IMG/VR virus record: IMGVR_UViG_3300035494_000060 | Span: 1-64,000 of that record | Origin: a virus | Length of the DNA: 64,000 nt | Direction: 5' to 3' (one strand) | Part shown: positions 32,721-41,514 of the stretch, one piece after another | Layout of the letters: each line of letters begins with the position of its first letter | How positions within the stretch are numbered: position 1 is the stretch's first letter | Program-made: the position numbers and the translations under genes | Notes under the pieces: generated by a model | What the model was told of the DNA's origin: nothing | Seen by the model: only the letters and a program-made list of their open reading frames with translations | Databases searched by the model: none

Positions 32721-33061
32721 AGGGCCTCCTGGGTAATCCAGCCTTCGTTGAGCCCGCGTTGCAGACCCTCGTCATTGACCAGCACGACCCACCACCAGTC
32801 TTCGGTGTTGCCCATCTTGCGCGGGCCCATGCAGAAGGCGATGGCGGGCTCGCCAAAGAACGCTGAGGGGTCGAAGTCGTCCGAGTGGCCCTGCTCGGTG
32901 ACCGTGGCCCCCAGGTGCAGCTCGTAGCCCCGCTCGCGGGTCAGGCCTTGCAGCCGGTAGCGCACGCCGTCTTTCACGCAGCCCTTGAAGGCTGAGGGGC
33001 GGCGGAACTCGTCGATGCACCCGCCCAGGGTGCCCTTCTTGGTGATCGGGAATATCTTCAT
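32717..33061 (-). CDS. hypothetical protein
   Basis: ORF-track 114 aa. Confidence 0.55.
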   Translation of the reverse strand: MKIFPITKKGTLGGCIDEFRRPSAFKGCVKDGVRYRLQGLTRERGYELHLGATVTEQGHSDDFDPSAFFGEPAIAFCMGPRKMGNTEDWWWVVLVNDEGLQRGLNEGWITQEAL

Positions 33062-33109
33062 CGGGATGGTCCTTCCATGATGGGCCCCGCGTGTGGGCCC
33101 GGTGGTGAA

Positions 33110-33469
33110 TCAGCTCGGGCAATGAACCGGACGACCCAGGAAGGTCTCCAGCTGCTCCTGGATGCCACGCAGGGCTTCGACGGCGCGGTTGTACTCCGCG
33201 TGGGTGATCTGCCCCAGGCGCAGGCGGTCCTGCTCGACCAGGGTGTAGGTGTTGCCTTCCACCCCTTCGACGATGACCTGGAAGTCCTCCAGGGTGTGGC
33301 AGTCGAAGTCCCCGCCCAGCATGCGGGTGATGCTGGCATAGAAGGCCTGGGCCTGCTCGTCGTCGCAGCTGAACAGCTCGCAGAGGCCGTCCTCGTCTTC
33401 CAGGTGCAGGGCCTGCATCCGGTGCTTGAGGATGTCCTTCTGCAACTCGGTCAGGTTGAAAGTGGTCAT
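33110..33469 (-). CDS. hypothetical acidic protein
   Basis: ORF 33110..33532, start reset to ATG 33469 after CATGGAGGG. Lies downstream of P17. Confidence 0.6.
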   Translation of the reverse strand: MTTFNLTELQKDILKHRMQALHLEDEDGLCELFSCDDEQAQAFYASITRMLGGDFDCHTLEDFQVIVEGVEGNTYTLVEQDRLRLGQITHAEYNRAVEALRGIQEQLETFLGRPVHCPS

Positions 33470-33517
33470 GCGGTGTCCCTCCATGATCCCCGGCGGGTGT
33501 CGCCGGGGTACGGTTCT

Positions 33518-33546
33518 ATTCTGGACCCCCAACCTACGTTCGTCAA
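33518..33546 (-). promoter_or_regulatory. conserved sigma70-like promoter P17
   Basis: TTGACG-N17-CAGAAT. A palindrome lies 8 bp upstream. Confidence 0.65.
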
Positions 33547-33554
33547 GCGGTAAA

Positions 33555-33568
33555 TGCAGTTAATTGCA
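33555..33568. repeat. 14-bp palindrome copy
   Basis: TGCAGTTAATTGCA, 8 bp upstream of the P17 -35. Confidence 0.9.
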
Positions 33569-33617
33569 CGGGCCCACCCCGCGCACGGTGTCCAGGTTGG
33601 CCGGCGTCTTACCGTGG

Positions 33618-34130
33618 TCAGCAGGCCCCCTCGGCGTGTGGGTTCGGTGCATTCAGTTGCACGAGCACGGGGTCGGTGTGCTCGCTGATCAGGCCTGCCT
33701 GCTTCGCCCAGTTGAAATAGCTGGGGTCATGGCGGTACACGTAGCCCACGTGCTTGCCCTTGTACTTGCCACAGGGCATGACGGCGTTGTTCACCTCCCT
33801 GGCGAGGCGCAGGGCGCGTTCCGGCTCGGTCTCCGGGTGGATGGCGTGGCCCGGCAGCTCGCCGCGCACGAACTCGTAGAGGGTGGTTCCCTGGTGAGGC
33901 TTGCCAAGTCCGCCCATGGCCCGGTTAAAGGCCCCGACCTCCTTGCCGATCCAGGCGTCCATCCCGGCCCGCTCGACTTGCAGCCACTTGGTGTTGTTCA
34001 TCGGCCCCCCGCCATAGGGGTTGGTGGTTTGCAGGTAGTCTGACTGACCCTCGTAGACCAGCGACAGCGGGCGGCAGTAGTCACCGCGCTGGATCACGTC
34101 ACGCCCCTCAAGGTACTGGATGGTCTTCAT
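33618..34130 (-). CDS. hypothetical protein with DUF3820-like C-terminal motif
   Basis: Part of ORF 33618..34364. Start ATG 34130 (ATGA overlap). MPCGKYKGKHVGYVYRHDPSYFNWA. Confidence 0.55.
   Translation of the reverse strand: MKTIQYLEGRDVIQRGDYCRPLSLVYEGQSDYLQTTNPYGGGPMNNTKWLQVERAGMDAWIGKEVGAFNRAMGGLGKPHQGTTLYEFVRGELPGHAIHPETEPERALRLAREVNNAVMPCGKYKGKHVGYVYRHDPSYFNWAKQAGLISEHTDPVLVQLNAPNPHAEGAC
33648..33661. repeat. 14-bp palindrome copy (variant)
   Basis: TGCATTCAGTTGCA inside the 3' end of 33618..34130. Confidence 0.75.
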
Positions 34131-34567
34131 GCTGTATGTGCCTCGATGTGCTCGCGCAGGAGGATGCTCAGGAAGCTGACCTCGCTGCGCCCGGTGAGCC
34201 GTCCGCGCTGTTTGCCATTGGGCTTGGGGTTGGCCCGCCTCCAGGCGCGCTTGGCCTCCAGGTCGGCCTGGTGCTGGGCCTTGGCCTTCTCGCACAGCTG
34301 GTCGTACAGGGCCCGCTCCAGGTGCTTGCCGGTGCTCAAGGTGTAGGACCAGCCGAACATCCAATAGTCATAGCCGCTGATCGCACCCTCGGGCGGGCAG
34401 TACCACTTCACGTGGCTGTAATGCCCCCGGTGGATGGTGATGCGGCCCAGGCTGCACCCGTCCTTGGTCTTCACGAACAGGCGCTGGTAATCCGGGTGGC
34501 CGGTGTTCTGGAGGCCGCTGTTCAGGCCGGCGATGGCCAGGAGCCGCTGAATCTCCAGGACGTTCAT
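34127..34567 (-). CDS. hypothetical protein
   Basis: ORF-track 146 aa. ATGA overlap upstream. Confidence 0.55.
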   Translation of the reverse strand: MNVLEIQRLLAIAGLNSGLQNTGHPDYQRLFVKTKDGCSLGRITIHRGHYSHVKWYCPPEGAISGYDYWMFGWSYTLSTGKHLERALYDQLCEKAKAQHQADLEAKRAWRRANPKPNGKQRGRLTGRSEVSFLSILLREHIEAHTA

Positions 34568-34785
34568 GCCTGGGCCCCTTGCAGCATGGCGGGGACGTCA
34601 CGCATGGCGCCTTCCACGAGCTGGCGGAAGTAACGGGCCGTGGCCCCCTCGGGATCGTTCACCACAGCGTCCATGACGGCCTCATGGGTGACGCCCGCCT
34701 TCTTCGCCATCATGGTCATGGCCTCCAGGGAGGCGGTGGCGGCGATGCGCAGTTGCAGCTCGGATACTTGGACTTGTGCAGACAT
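34564..34785 (-). CDS. hypothetical protein
   Basis: ORF 34564..34800, start reset to ATG 34785 after CATGGAGGG. Lies downstream of P18. Confidence 0.55.
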   Translation of the reverse strand: MSAQVQVSELQLRIAATASLEAMTMMAKKAGVTHEAVMDAVVNDPEGATARYFRQLVEGAMRDVPAMLQGAQA

Positions 34786-34831
34786 GTTCAGACCCTCCAT
34801 GTGCGGGGCGATGTGCCCTCTCGATGTGGTT

Positions 34832-34861
34832 ATTCTCCCGCACCCCCACCCTGTTCGTCAA
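34832..34861 (-). promoter_or_regulatory. conserved sigma70-like promoter P18
   Basis: TTGACG-N18-GAGAAT. A palindrome lies 10 bp upstream. Confidence 0.7.
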
Positions 34862-34871
34862 GCGGTGGAGG

Positions 34872-34885
34872 TGCAGTTAATTGCA
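34872..34885. repeat. 14-bp palindrome copy
   Basis: TGCAGTTAATTGCA, 10 bp upstream of the P18 -35. Confidence 0.9.
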
Positions 34886-34888
34886 AAT

Positions 34889-35263
34889 TTAACGGGACAG
34901 CTGCTCGATGATAGAGGCCTTGGCCGCACGCAGGTGCAGGGCCATCAGGTTGGCGGATGTGGAGGACGAAGCCGGGATGTGGCGACAGTCTTGCAGCAGT
35001 TCGCGGGTCAGGTCCTCGCGGATCATGTCCAGGGCCTCCCCCTCGTCGGCGTGCTCAGCGAGCAGGGCGGCGTGCCTGTCGAGGACGGAGCGGCAGACCT
35101 TCTGGCGGGCGGCAGCCTCGTAGGCGACTTCGGCCCACTCCAGGGCGTACACCGGGTCGTTCAGCAGGGACTGGCTGAACTTGGTCAGGTTCTCCTCGGC
35201 GCTTTCCAGAACGGCCTTAACAGTGAGAAGGGTGAGGCTGGCGCTGGTGAGGGGAGTATTCAT
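34889..35263 (-). CDS. hypothetical protein
   Basis: ORF 34889..35362, start reset to ATG 35263 (MNTPLTS). Confidence 0.55.
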   Translation of the reverse strand: MNTPLTSASLTLLTVKAVLESAEENLTKFSQSLLNDPVYALEWAEVAYEAAARQKVCRSVLDRHAALLAEHADEGEALDMIREDLTRELLQDCRHIPASSSTSANLMALHLRAAKASIIEQLSR

Positions 35264-35290
35264 CTGGTTGGCCCTTTCGTTGGTGGTGGA

Positions 35291-35304
35291 TGCAGTTAAT
35301 TGCA
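35291..35304. repeat. 14-bp palindrome copy
   Basis: TGCAGTTAATTGCA in the short promoter-less intergenic gap 35264..35331. Confidence 0.9.
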
Positions 35305-35331
35305 CTAAGAGGGTGATCAGCGGGGAGGGGG

Positions 35332-35574
35332 TCAGGCTTCTACGCCGATGGCCTTGAACCACTCGGCTTCTTCGGCGGTGTGGCCGTCGCTAACCGAGAG
35401 CAGACCGAGGATGGATTCGAACCAGACATCGACGAAAGCATCGGTGAACTCCTTGTTGGCGTCGAAACGATTGCCCCAACCAACAGTGTCGGCTGCGTTA
35501 TCGGCTGCCCGGCTGTCGATGTCGATGACTGCATCGGTATCGCGGGCCAGGTTGAAGATTTCGCGGCGGTTCAT
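35332..35574 (-). CDS. hypothetical acidic protein
   Basis: ORF 35332..35589, start reset to ATG 35574 after CATGGAGGG. Lies downstream of P19. Confidence 0.55.
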   Translation of the reverse strand: MNRREIFNLARDTDAVIDIDSRAADNAADTVGWGNRFDANKEFTDAFVDVWFESILGLLSVSDGHTAEEAEWFKAIGVEA

Positions 35575-35619
35575 TGTGTTTCCCTCCATGTCCGGGGAGG
35601 AGTTCCCCGGTACAGCTCT

Positions 35620-35648
35620 ATTCTCGCAACCCCCCTCCCGTTCGTCAA
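35620..35648 (-). promoter_or_regulatory. conserved sigma70-like promoter P19
   Basis: TTGACG-N17-GAGAAT. A palindrome lies 8 bp upstream. Confidence 0.7.
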
Positions 35649-35656
35649 ACAGTAAT

Positions 35657-35670
35657 TGCAGTTAATTGCA
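35657..35670. repeat. 14-bp palindrome copy
   Basis: TGCAGTTAATTGCA, 8 bp upstream of the P19 -35. Confidence 0.9.
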
Positions 35671-35673
35671 CAG

Positions 35674-35700
35674 AAAAAAGCCCCTGCTGGAGGGGCTTCT
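35674..35700 (-). terminator. intrinsic terminator after the packaging/deacetylase operon
   Basis: Minus strand AGCCCCT-CCAGC-AGGGGCT followed by TTTTTTC. Flanked on both sides by palindrome copies. Confidence 0.7.
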
Positions 35701-35713
35701 GCAATTGGTTGCA
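35700..35713. repeat. 14-bp palindrome copy
   Basis: TGCAATTGGTTGCA between the deacetylase stop (35715) and the terminator. Confidence 0.9.
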
Positions 35714-35714
35714 A

Positions 35715-36392
35715 TCAGGCGCGGAGGCGGATGACGTGGAGCAGCTCGGCATACTCACAGGCGGACTCGACCCCACGCAGGCGCGCCAGGGCGTCGGCGG
35801 CGTAGGTGCTGATCAGGTCCTCGGGTCCGCGCATCTGCGAGTGGTGCTGGTTCAGGGCCTCACGCTTGAGGTCCATCTGCTCGCTGATGTCGACGTACAT
35901 CCCGCCACGCCCCACGGTGAACTCCGCGCCCGGGCCCCAGCCGGTGGCCGGGTACTCGTAGGCCAGGACCTTCTCCACGTAGCGGGTGGCGGCACGCGGG
36001 CGGCAGGCGGCCATGGCGGCCCGGTGGGTGACCTCGTGGTCCTGGTGGGCAGAGGGCAGGGGCAGCAGTATCTCGCGGGGCTTGAGGTCCGCGATGGCGC
36101 CCTCGATCTTGCCGATCACCTCCTTGAGCGGGAGGGTGTCGAGCATGGTGTCCTTGTTCACGAAGCCATAGTGCACGCCATAGGCCCCCAGGACCTTGGC
36201 CGCCGCGTCTGCCTCCTCCAGGCGCACATGCCACCGCACGGTGTGGCCGGTGTCGAGGTGGGTGATGTCGCCCAAGGCCATGATCAGCACGTGCACCTCG
36301 GCGCCCTGCTGAGCGCGCTTGGCCATGTAGCCGCCACAGCCCAGCTCGGCGTCGTCAGAGTGGGGGGCAATCACCAGAATACGGTCAGGCAT
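35715..36392 (-). CDS. PIG-L/LmbE-family N-acetylglucosaminyl deacetylase
   Basis: ILVIAPHSDDAELGCGG and SAHQDHEVTH motifs. Confidence 0.8.
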   Translation of the reverse strand: MPDRILVIAPHSDDAELGCGGYMAKRAQQGAEVHVLIMALGDITHLDTGHTVRWHVRLEEADAAAKVLGAYGVHYGFVNKDTMLDTLPLKEVIGKIEGAIADLKPREILLPLPSAHQDHEVTHRAAMAACRPRAATRYVEKVLAYEYPATGWGPGAEFTVGRGGMYVDISEQMDLKREALNQHHSQMRGPEDLISTYAADALARLRGVESACEYAELLHVIRLRA

Positions 36393-38295
36393 CGGCCTGT
36401 TCTCCTTTGGTCTTGTTGGCGTCCGCTTTCTTCGGCTCTCGCACGGACGGGGGAATGTTGACGGGGGAAATGTCGTGCTCCAGCCAGATCGACATCTGCT
36501 GGGTCAGGCCCACCACCACGCCGGCCAGGGCGTCTGCACAGTCCTTGGAGCCGGTGGAGGGGTGGTCGATCTTGCTCTTCTTCGGGTCATACTCCACGGA
36601 CAGCAGCTCGCGGCGCAGGCGGGGGTGCTCGGGCAGGCGCAGGCGCCCGTCATAGATCGCCGCCTTCAGCAGGGCGTAAGGGGTCAGGTTGGTATCCATC
36701 GAGCGCATGCCGGTGATGAAGCCTTGCTGGCGCAGGGTCTGGAGCGAGTCCACCGACTGGAAGCTGTCGAAGCTGACCCACTTGATGTTCAGGCCCATGC
36801 CGCGCAGCTTATAGAGCATTTCACGGATGCGGTAGAAGAGGATTTCACCGCCCTGAGGTGGCGCCACTTCCAGGGTGAAGTCGGCGGTGATCTCCGGCCA
36901 TGTCTCGATGCAGTCGCCACGGTCGATGTTCTTGAAGCCTGACACGTGGCCGCAGGCTATCCCGGTGCTGTCTCCGCTGACCGAGAGGTCGATGTGGACC
37001 CAGCGCGGCTTGTGGCCGTCGACGATGCGGTTCTTGAAGGCCTTGATCTTGTAGGCCTGGAAGTCGGTCATCACGTCCGACAGCACGCTCAGGTAGTCTG
37101 GCCGCATGCAGCGGGCCAGGGCCTCGGTGTCCAGAATGTACGGGTGCTTGGCCAGGGTCGACACACCGGCGATCTCCCGCAGGGCATTGGTGATGTCCTT
37201 CTGGAACTCGGTCTTGTACTCCACGGGGATCGGCATCACCAGGGCGCGGTCCTCCGCCGTCAGCCCCGCCAGCGACTCCAGCACACGGGGCTTGCGGAAC
37301 TCGTCCCCGATGAACACGAGGAACGTGTCATCCGAGTAGGAGCCCTTGGGCTTCACCTCCCAGGCGCGCTTGTCGTAGATGAAGATGTTGGTGGAGCCGC
37401 GCTCCGCGATCTGCTGCTTCGACTCCTCTTCCTTGATGTCGGTGAACTGGCCCGGGAAGCGCTTGGACGACACGAGGCACAGCATGCCGTAGGTCTTGCC
37501 CCCCTTGATGAAGCGCGACTTGCGCCGGCGGGCGATGGAGTTGTAGAGGGCCCAGGCCTGGTCATAGGAGCCGCCGTCCACGGAGGCCTTCGACTTCTCG
37601 ATCACCGCCATGTAGTTCACTTCGTCGAGGATGCCGCCCATCACGTTCTGGCCGATGGCCGCCGTCTCCTGGCCGCTGAGGGGCAGCACCTCGATCCGGT
37701 TGGGGAAGACCAGCTTCGACTCGATGTCCTTGTCAAACGGCCAGACGTCCTTGAAGTAGTGGCTGCTCTCCATCAGCGAGCGGAAGCGGTTGTACTCCAG
37801 GGCCTTGGCGTGGGTGGCGCTGAGGGACTGGAACACGTAGAGGATTTCCGAGGCGCTGTCCAGGGAGAAGAACTTGTGGGGGTCCCGCATGCAACTGAGG
37901 ATGTACAGCTGGTAGGCGATGGCGTAGTGGGCTGCCGTGGTCTTGCCCGAGCCAATGCCGCCGGTGAACACGGCCTCGATGTACTTGCCGCTGGCCAGTT
38001 CCTCCAGCTCCTCCATGATCTTCGGGTAGACCGTGCCCTTCTTGTCCAGGAAGTAGGGGTCTTCGATGAACGTGCGGATGTCGACCGGCGTGTGCTTGTA
38101 CACGGTCATGTCCGCCATCCGCCGCATGTCCCCCGAGGCCAGGGAGCCCAGCAGGTTGCGCAGCCAGTGCTCGCGGGCCGCTGGGTCGCTGATGCCTTGG
38201 GCAATGGCTTCGATGCTCGGCCACTTCGGCCCCAGGACCTTCTGGAGCGTTGCAATCAATTGCACGGGGGTGAGGCGGGCCAGCGCGTCAGTCAT
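36385..38295 (-). CDS. terL: terminase large subunit
   Basis: ORF 36385..38310, start reset to ATG 38295. Walker A GGIGSGKT, Walker B GGILDEVNY. Nuclease-domain acidic residues in HIDLSVSGDSTGIACG and GSKDCADALAG. Confidence 0.85.
   Translation of the reverse strand: MTDALARLTPVQLIATLQKVLGPKWPSIEAIAQGISDPAAREHWLRNLLGSLASGDMRRMADMTVYKHTPVDIRTFIEDPYFLDKKGTVYPKIMEELEELASGKYIEAVFTGGIGSGKTTAAHYAIAYQLYILSCMRDPHKFFSLDSASEILYVFQSLSATHAKALEYNRFRSLMESSHYFKDVWPFDKDIESKLVFPNRIEVLPLSGQETAAIGQNVMGGILDEVNYMAVIEKSKASVDGGSYDQAWALYNSIARRRKSRFIKGGKTYGMLCLVSSKRFPGQFTDIKEEESKQQIAERGSTNIFIYDKRAWEVKPKGSYSDDTFLVFIGDEFRKPRVLESLAGLTAEDRALVMPIPVEYKTEFQKDITNALREIAGVSTLAKHPYILDTEALARCMRPDYLSVLSDVMTDFQAYKIKAFKNRIVDGHKPRWVHIDLSVSGDSTGIACGHVSGFKNIDRGDCIETWPEITADFTLEVAPPQGGEILFYRIREMLYKLRGMGLNIKWVSFDSFQSVDSLQTLRQQGFITGMRSMDTNLTPYALLKAAIYDGRLRLPEHPRLRRELLSVEYDPKKSKIDHPSTGSKDCADALAGVVVGLTQQMSIWLEHDISPVNIPPSVREPKKADANKTKGEQADA
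38251..38264. repeat. 14-bp palindrome copy
   Basis: TGCAATCAATTGCA (perfect arms) in terL codons 11-15, read as V-Q-L-I-A. Confidence 0.9.
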
Positions 38296-38965
38296 TGGCC
38301 ACCTCCCCATCGATCACGTCGCCCAGCCCCAGCTCCATCAGGGCTTGCTGGGTGGCCATGGCCAGCTGCTGGTTCACGGTTCTGGAGTCTTCCACGTACT
38401 TGGCCCCATCGGTGTCTCTGAGGTGTGCCGTCATATCGAACTTGCGCGACACGCGGCGGAGCAGGCCGGTCTCCATCTGGAGGCGGGCCAGTTCGGACAG
38501 GGTGTCCTTGTACAGGCGGATGTCAGCCGAGAGGCTGGTGATCAGGGTGGGCAGTGACTGCTCGCGCACCAGCATCTTGGAGACCCTGCCCTTCTGCGCC
38601 ATGCACAGCTGTTGCAGCTCCAGCATGACGTCGAACTTCTCCTCCAGGTCGGCCAGGATGATCTTGCGCCGCCCATCATCGAGGGTCTCGCTGTACACCG
38701 CCAGCCGGGTGGCGAGTTCCTTGTCCTTGTAGCGCTGGAGCTGGCGGGACAGGGTGAGCTGCTGGATGTCCTGGAACAGCCCCCAGTCGTCCTGGATGAT
38801 GGCGGCCACCTTGAGGCAGGCGTCACCTTTGATCAGCATCTGCTCCACCGCAGCCAGTCGCTCATGCCCCAGCCCCTTGATCCGCTCAAAGGGCTTACGA
38901 CTTGGGTTGCGCTTCTTGGTGCCCTTCTTGGGCCCCGGCTTTTTCCGGGCAGGCGTGGTGGTCAT
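38288..38965 (-). CDS. putative terminase small subunit
   Basis: Lies immediately upstream of, and overlaps, terL. Basic N-terminus followed by an HTH-like segment. The call rests on position and composition. Confidence 0.5.
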   Translation of the reverse strand: MTTTPARKKPGPKKGTKKRNPSRKPFERIKGLGHERLAAVEQMLIKGDACLKVAAIIQDDWGLFQDIQQLTLSRQLQRYKDKELATRLAVYSETLDDGRRKIILADLEEKFDVMLELQQLCMAQKGRVSKMLVREQSLPTLITSLSADIRLYKDTLSELARLQMETGLLRRVSRKFDMTAHLRDTDGAKYVEDSRTVNQQLAMATQQALMELGLGDVIDGEVAND

Positions 38966-38974
38966 CTTGGCCCC

Positions 38975-39799
38975 TTAGTTCAAGAAGTCGAGCGTGGGGA
39001 CGTCAGCGGTGAAGGTGCCTTCCACGTCCGGGCACTCGGCCAGCAGCGCCGCCACGGTCTCCTCGTCCAGGGATTCCAGCAGCTTGTGCATCAGGTGGTC
39101 CATCGACTTGTTGGCCGCCTTGGTCTGTGCAGCTAATTGCAAAAAGGTCTTCTTCTGGCCCGTCTGCATGCGCAGCCACACCGACTCCTTGCCACCGAAG
39201 TCCACGATCATGTAGCCGTGCGGCAGGGTGTCTCCGTGGGTGGTGAAGAGGTAGTTCAGCACCTTGGCCAGGTCATCCATGGTGCGAATCTCTTTGGCCG
39301 CGTCCTTGAAGGCCTGCTTCATGTCCTTGGGCAGGGACTTCTCGGTCGCCTTGATCAGCTTCTTGAACTCGGCCTCGTCGGTGAAACCGAACAGCTCGGC
39401 GGCCACGTCATCGGCGTACTTCTCGCTCAGGGAGTTGTACAGGGCCATGAACTTATCGGCGTTCATCTGGCCGTGAATGATGTTGTGACGGACCACCTGG
39501 AACTTCTCGGCGTCCTCGTCGAACTCGGGGTCGCTGATCACGGTGGCGGGGATGGTGTCGAAGCCCAGCAGCTTGGCGACCTCCAGGCGGTGGTGACCGC
39601 CCACTACGCGGTAGCGCCCCTTCTTGCTGGGGTGGGGCCGCACGAGGATCGGGTCGGTGATCCCCACGCGCTCCACGTTGTCATACAGCATGTTGAACTG
39701 GGCCTCGGACATTTCGTTCGGGTTCAGCTCGTTGTTGTCCAGCAGCTCGACATCAATGTCCAGGCGGTTCAGCTTCTTGGTCTTTTCTACGGCGCTCAT
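38975..39799 (-). CDS. ParB/Srx-fold N-terminal domain protein
   Basis: LNPNEMSEAQFNMLYDNVERVGITDPILVRP...YRVVGGHHRLEVAKLLG. ATGA overlap with the upstream gene. Confidence 0.75.
   Translation of the reverse strand: MSAVEKTKKLNRLDIDVELLDNNELNPNEMSEAQFNMLYDNVERVGITDPILVRPHPSKKGRYRVVGGHHRLEVAKLLGFDTIPATVISDPEFDEDAEKFQVVRHNIIHGQMNADKFMALYNSLSEKYADDVAAELFGFTDEAEFKKLIKATEKSLPKDMKQAFKDAAKEIRTMDDLAKVLNYLFTTHGDTLPHGYMIVDFGGKESVWLRMQTGQKKTFLQLAAQTKAANKSMDHLMHKLLESLDEETVAALLAECPDVEGTFTADVPTLDFLN
39128..39141. repeat. 14-bp palindrome copy
   Basis: TGCAGCTAATTGCA inside the ParB-like gene, read as L-Q-L-A-A. Confidence 0.9.
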
Positions 39800-41310
39800 T
39801 CGGCGTCCCCTTGTGCAATTGGTTGCAATACGCCGACCTGAGGTCCGGCATCCCTGACATTGTGGTGTGCAATTAGCTGCAATCTGAAGGTGTGCCAGTC
39901 GGTGATCCAGACCGAACGGAAGGCCTCGCGCTGGTTGTCCACCAACTTCTGCCCGAACGTGCGGATGTCCGGCTCACCGTCGACCATGCGTTGCAGCAGC
40001 GACAGCAGGGCCTCCGGCTGCGGCTGCAAGTAGGTGGCGGCCCGGCGGACCATTTCCTGCTCCTTGCCCAGGGCCTTCCACTCTTCGAACTCCTCGACCC
40101 ACTGCGCCAGCACCAGCTCCACGACCAGCGGGGTCCAGGTGTCGTTGCGCGATTGCAGCAGGGGCAGGAACTTCTCCCGCTGCCAGAGGACAAACTTCTT
40201 GTAGTGGGTGGCGTAGTCCTCATAGAACGCCCGGATCACTCCGTAGGCCTCGGTCGGGGTCTTGATGTAGAAGGGGTATTCGTCCCCCAGGGTGGCGCGG
40301 GCCCAGTCGCAATCGAGCACGGCCACCGGCAGCCCGAGGATCAGCGGCTCGACCAACGACAGGCTGTAGTCCTCCTCGTTGGAGAGGAACAAGCCCACGT
40401 CGCTCTCCTCGCGCACGATGCGCCAGAACTCCTCGCGCGGGGCCGGGTGGAACTCGATGAAGTCAGGCGGGTTCATGCCCTGACCCAGCCCCTTGGAGGC
40501 CGTGGTCATCATGCAGCGAATCTTGGTCTCTTCCTTGTTGCGCATGACCCAGTGTTTGGTCATCACGTCCCAAATGTCCTCGATGCGGTGGCCCCACACC
40601 ATGCGGCCCGAGAACGAAATGGTGAAGGGCTTCTCCCGCTTGATCACCTTCTCGACCACCGCCTTGGTCTTCGGCTGCACCTCGTCCACCTGGATCGGGG
40701 ACGACTCCACCAACACGGATTGCAGGCGACGGAGGAAGGCGGCACTGAAGTGGTCCCGAGCGATCTTGAGCATGTGGCGCTTCTGCCAGAAGGCGCAGAT
40801 GGCCACCAGGTCGGACTGGTAGTAGCCCAGGAGCGTCTGCTGATCGGAGACCTGCCCCGGGGCGATGGCCACCGCTGATTTGTAGGACATCATCGGCATG
40901 TCCTCCAGCAGCACAATCTTCTTCGCCCACCGCATGCCCTCGGCGCCCGGCTTGCAGCAGTTCATTCTGATCAGGGGGACCAACGCTGACTTGTTGGTGA
41001 CCAGGATGTCCCAGTCCCAATACTCGCCATCAATGGCATAGACCATTTCCAGTTCACGCGGCAGGCGACTGTACTCCCGGTAGCGATCCAGGATGCCTGG
41101 GGCCGGCGTGTACACGAACTGGATGCGCTCCACATGGGGCAGTGACTTCAGCCACTCCATGCACTCCTCGGGGATGTCGTCCGGGATCAGCCAGTAGGCG
41201 TACAGGTCTGGATGCTTGGGGGCTAGGTAGCTCCATATCTTCGCGTACTTGGAGGCTGAGGCGCAGCGGCTTGGAAAGGTCGTATAGATCGGGTCCAACA
41301 GCATTTTCAT
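39796..41310 (-). CDS. putative GT-B-fold glycosyltransferase (504 aa)
   Basis: C-terminal half GLFLSNEEDYSLSLVEPLILGLPVAVL resembles the GT1/GT4 E-x7-E region. Strong AAGGAGGG RBS. Confidence 0.5.
   Translation of the reverse strand: MKMLLDPIYTTFPSRCASASKYAKIWSYLAPKHPDLYAYWLIPDDIPEECMEWLKSLPHVERIQFVYTPAPGILDRYREYSRLPRELEMVYAIDGEYWDWDILVTNKSALVPLIRMNCCKPGAEGMRWAKKIVLLEDMPMMSYKSAVAIAPGQVSDQQTLLGYYQSDLVAICAFWQKRHMLKIARDHFSAAFLRRLQSVLVESSPIQVDEVQPKTKAVVEKVIKREKPFTISFSGRMVWGHRIEDIWDVMTKHWVMRNKEETKIRCMMTTASKGLGQGMNPPDFIEFHPAPREEFWRIVREESDVGLFLSNEEDYSLSLVEPLILGLPVAVLDCDWARATLGDEYPFYIKTPTEAYGVIRAFYEDYATHYKKFVLWQREKFLPLLQSRNDTWTPLVVELVLAQWVEEFEEWKALGKEQEMVRRAATYLQPQPEALLSLLQRMVDGEPDIRTFGQKLVDNQREAFRSVWITDWHTFRLQLIAHHNVRDAGPQVGVLQPIAQGDAE
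39814..39827. repeat. 14-bp palindrome copy
   Basis: TGCAATTGGTTGCA at the glycosyltransferase 3' end, 15 bp upstream of the ParB-like start. Confidence 0.9.
39868..39881. repeat. 14-bp palindrome copy
   Basis: TGCAATTAGCTGCA inside the glycosyltransferase gene, read as L-Q-L-I-A. Confidence 0.9.
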
Positions 41311-41351
41311 GTTGTCATTCCCTCCTTGTCAGTGTTGGTGTGGTGTCGCGC

Positions 41352-41381
41352 ATCTTACAGGTCGACTTCCTGTGCAATCAA
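41352..41381 (-). promoter_or_regulatory. candidate promoter of the glycosyltransferase-ParB-terS-terL operon
   Basis: TTGATT-N18-TAAGAT in the 204-bp non-coding gap. The -35 lies inside a near-palindrome copy. It differs from the P1-P25 family. Confidence 0.35.
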
Positions 41382-41386
41382 TTACA
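41373..41386. repeat. 14-bp palindrome, one-mismatch copy
   Basis: TGCAATCAATTACA overlapping the candidate -35. Confidence 0.55.
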
Positions 41387-41460
41387 AGTCTCTTCCCTAT
41401 GGTAATGACGTTCTTCTCCTCTCTCTTGTGTGTCTCTGTGACATGGGTTCTTTCCCCCCA

Positions 41461-41496
41461 CAAATGGAAAGCCCCCGGTGGTGTTCCGAGGGCTTC
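41461..41496 (-). terminator. candidate intrinsic terminator after the WbqC-like gene
   Basis: Minus strand AAGCCCTCGG-AACACCA-CCGGGGGCTT followed by a weak T tract, TCCATTTG. Confidence 0.4.
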
Positions 41497-41514
41497 TTGT
41501 GGTTCCGGGGGTAG

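Noticed and set aside
33062-33109. The GGGCCC-N7-GGGCCC hairpin between 32717..33061 and 33110..33469, considered as a terminator.
   Set aside because: No T tract follows the hairpin on the transcribed strand. It is more likely just a GC-rich stem in a short intergenic spacer.
41326-41514. Plus-strand ORFs of 62-69 aa in the 204-bp intergenic gap.
   Set aside because: They have no RBS and odd composition. They lie in the only long non-coding leader of a genome segment that is otherwise entirely minus-strand.
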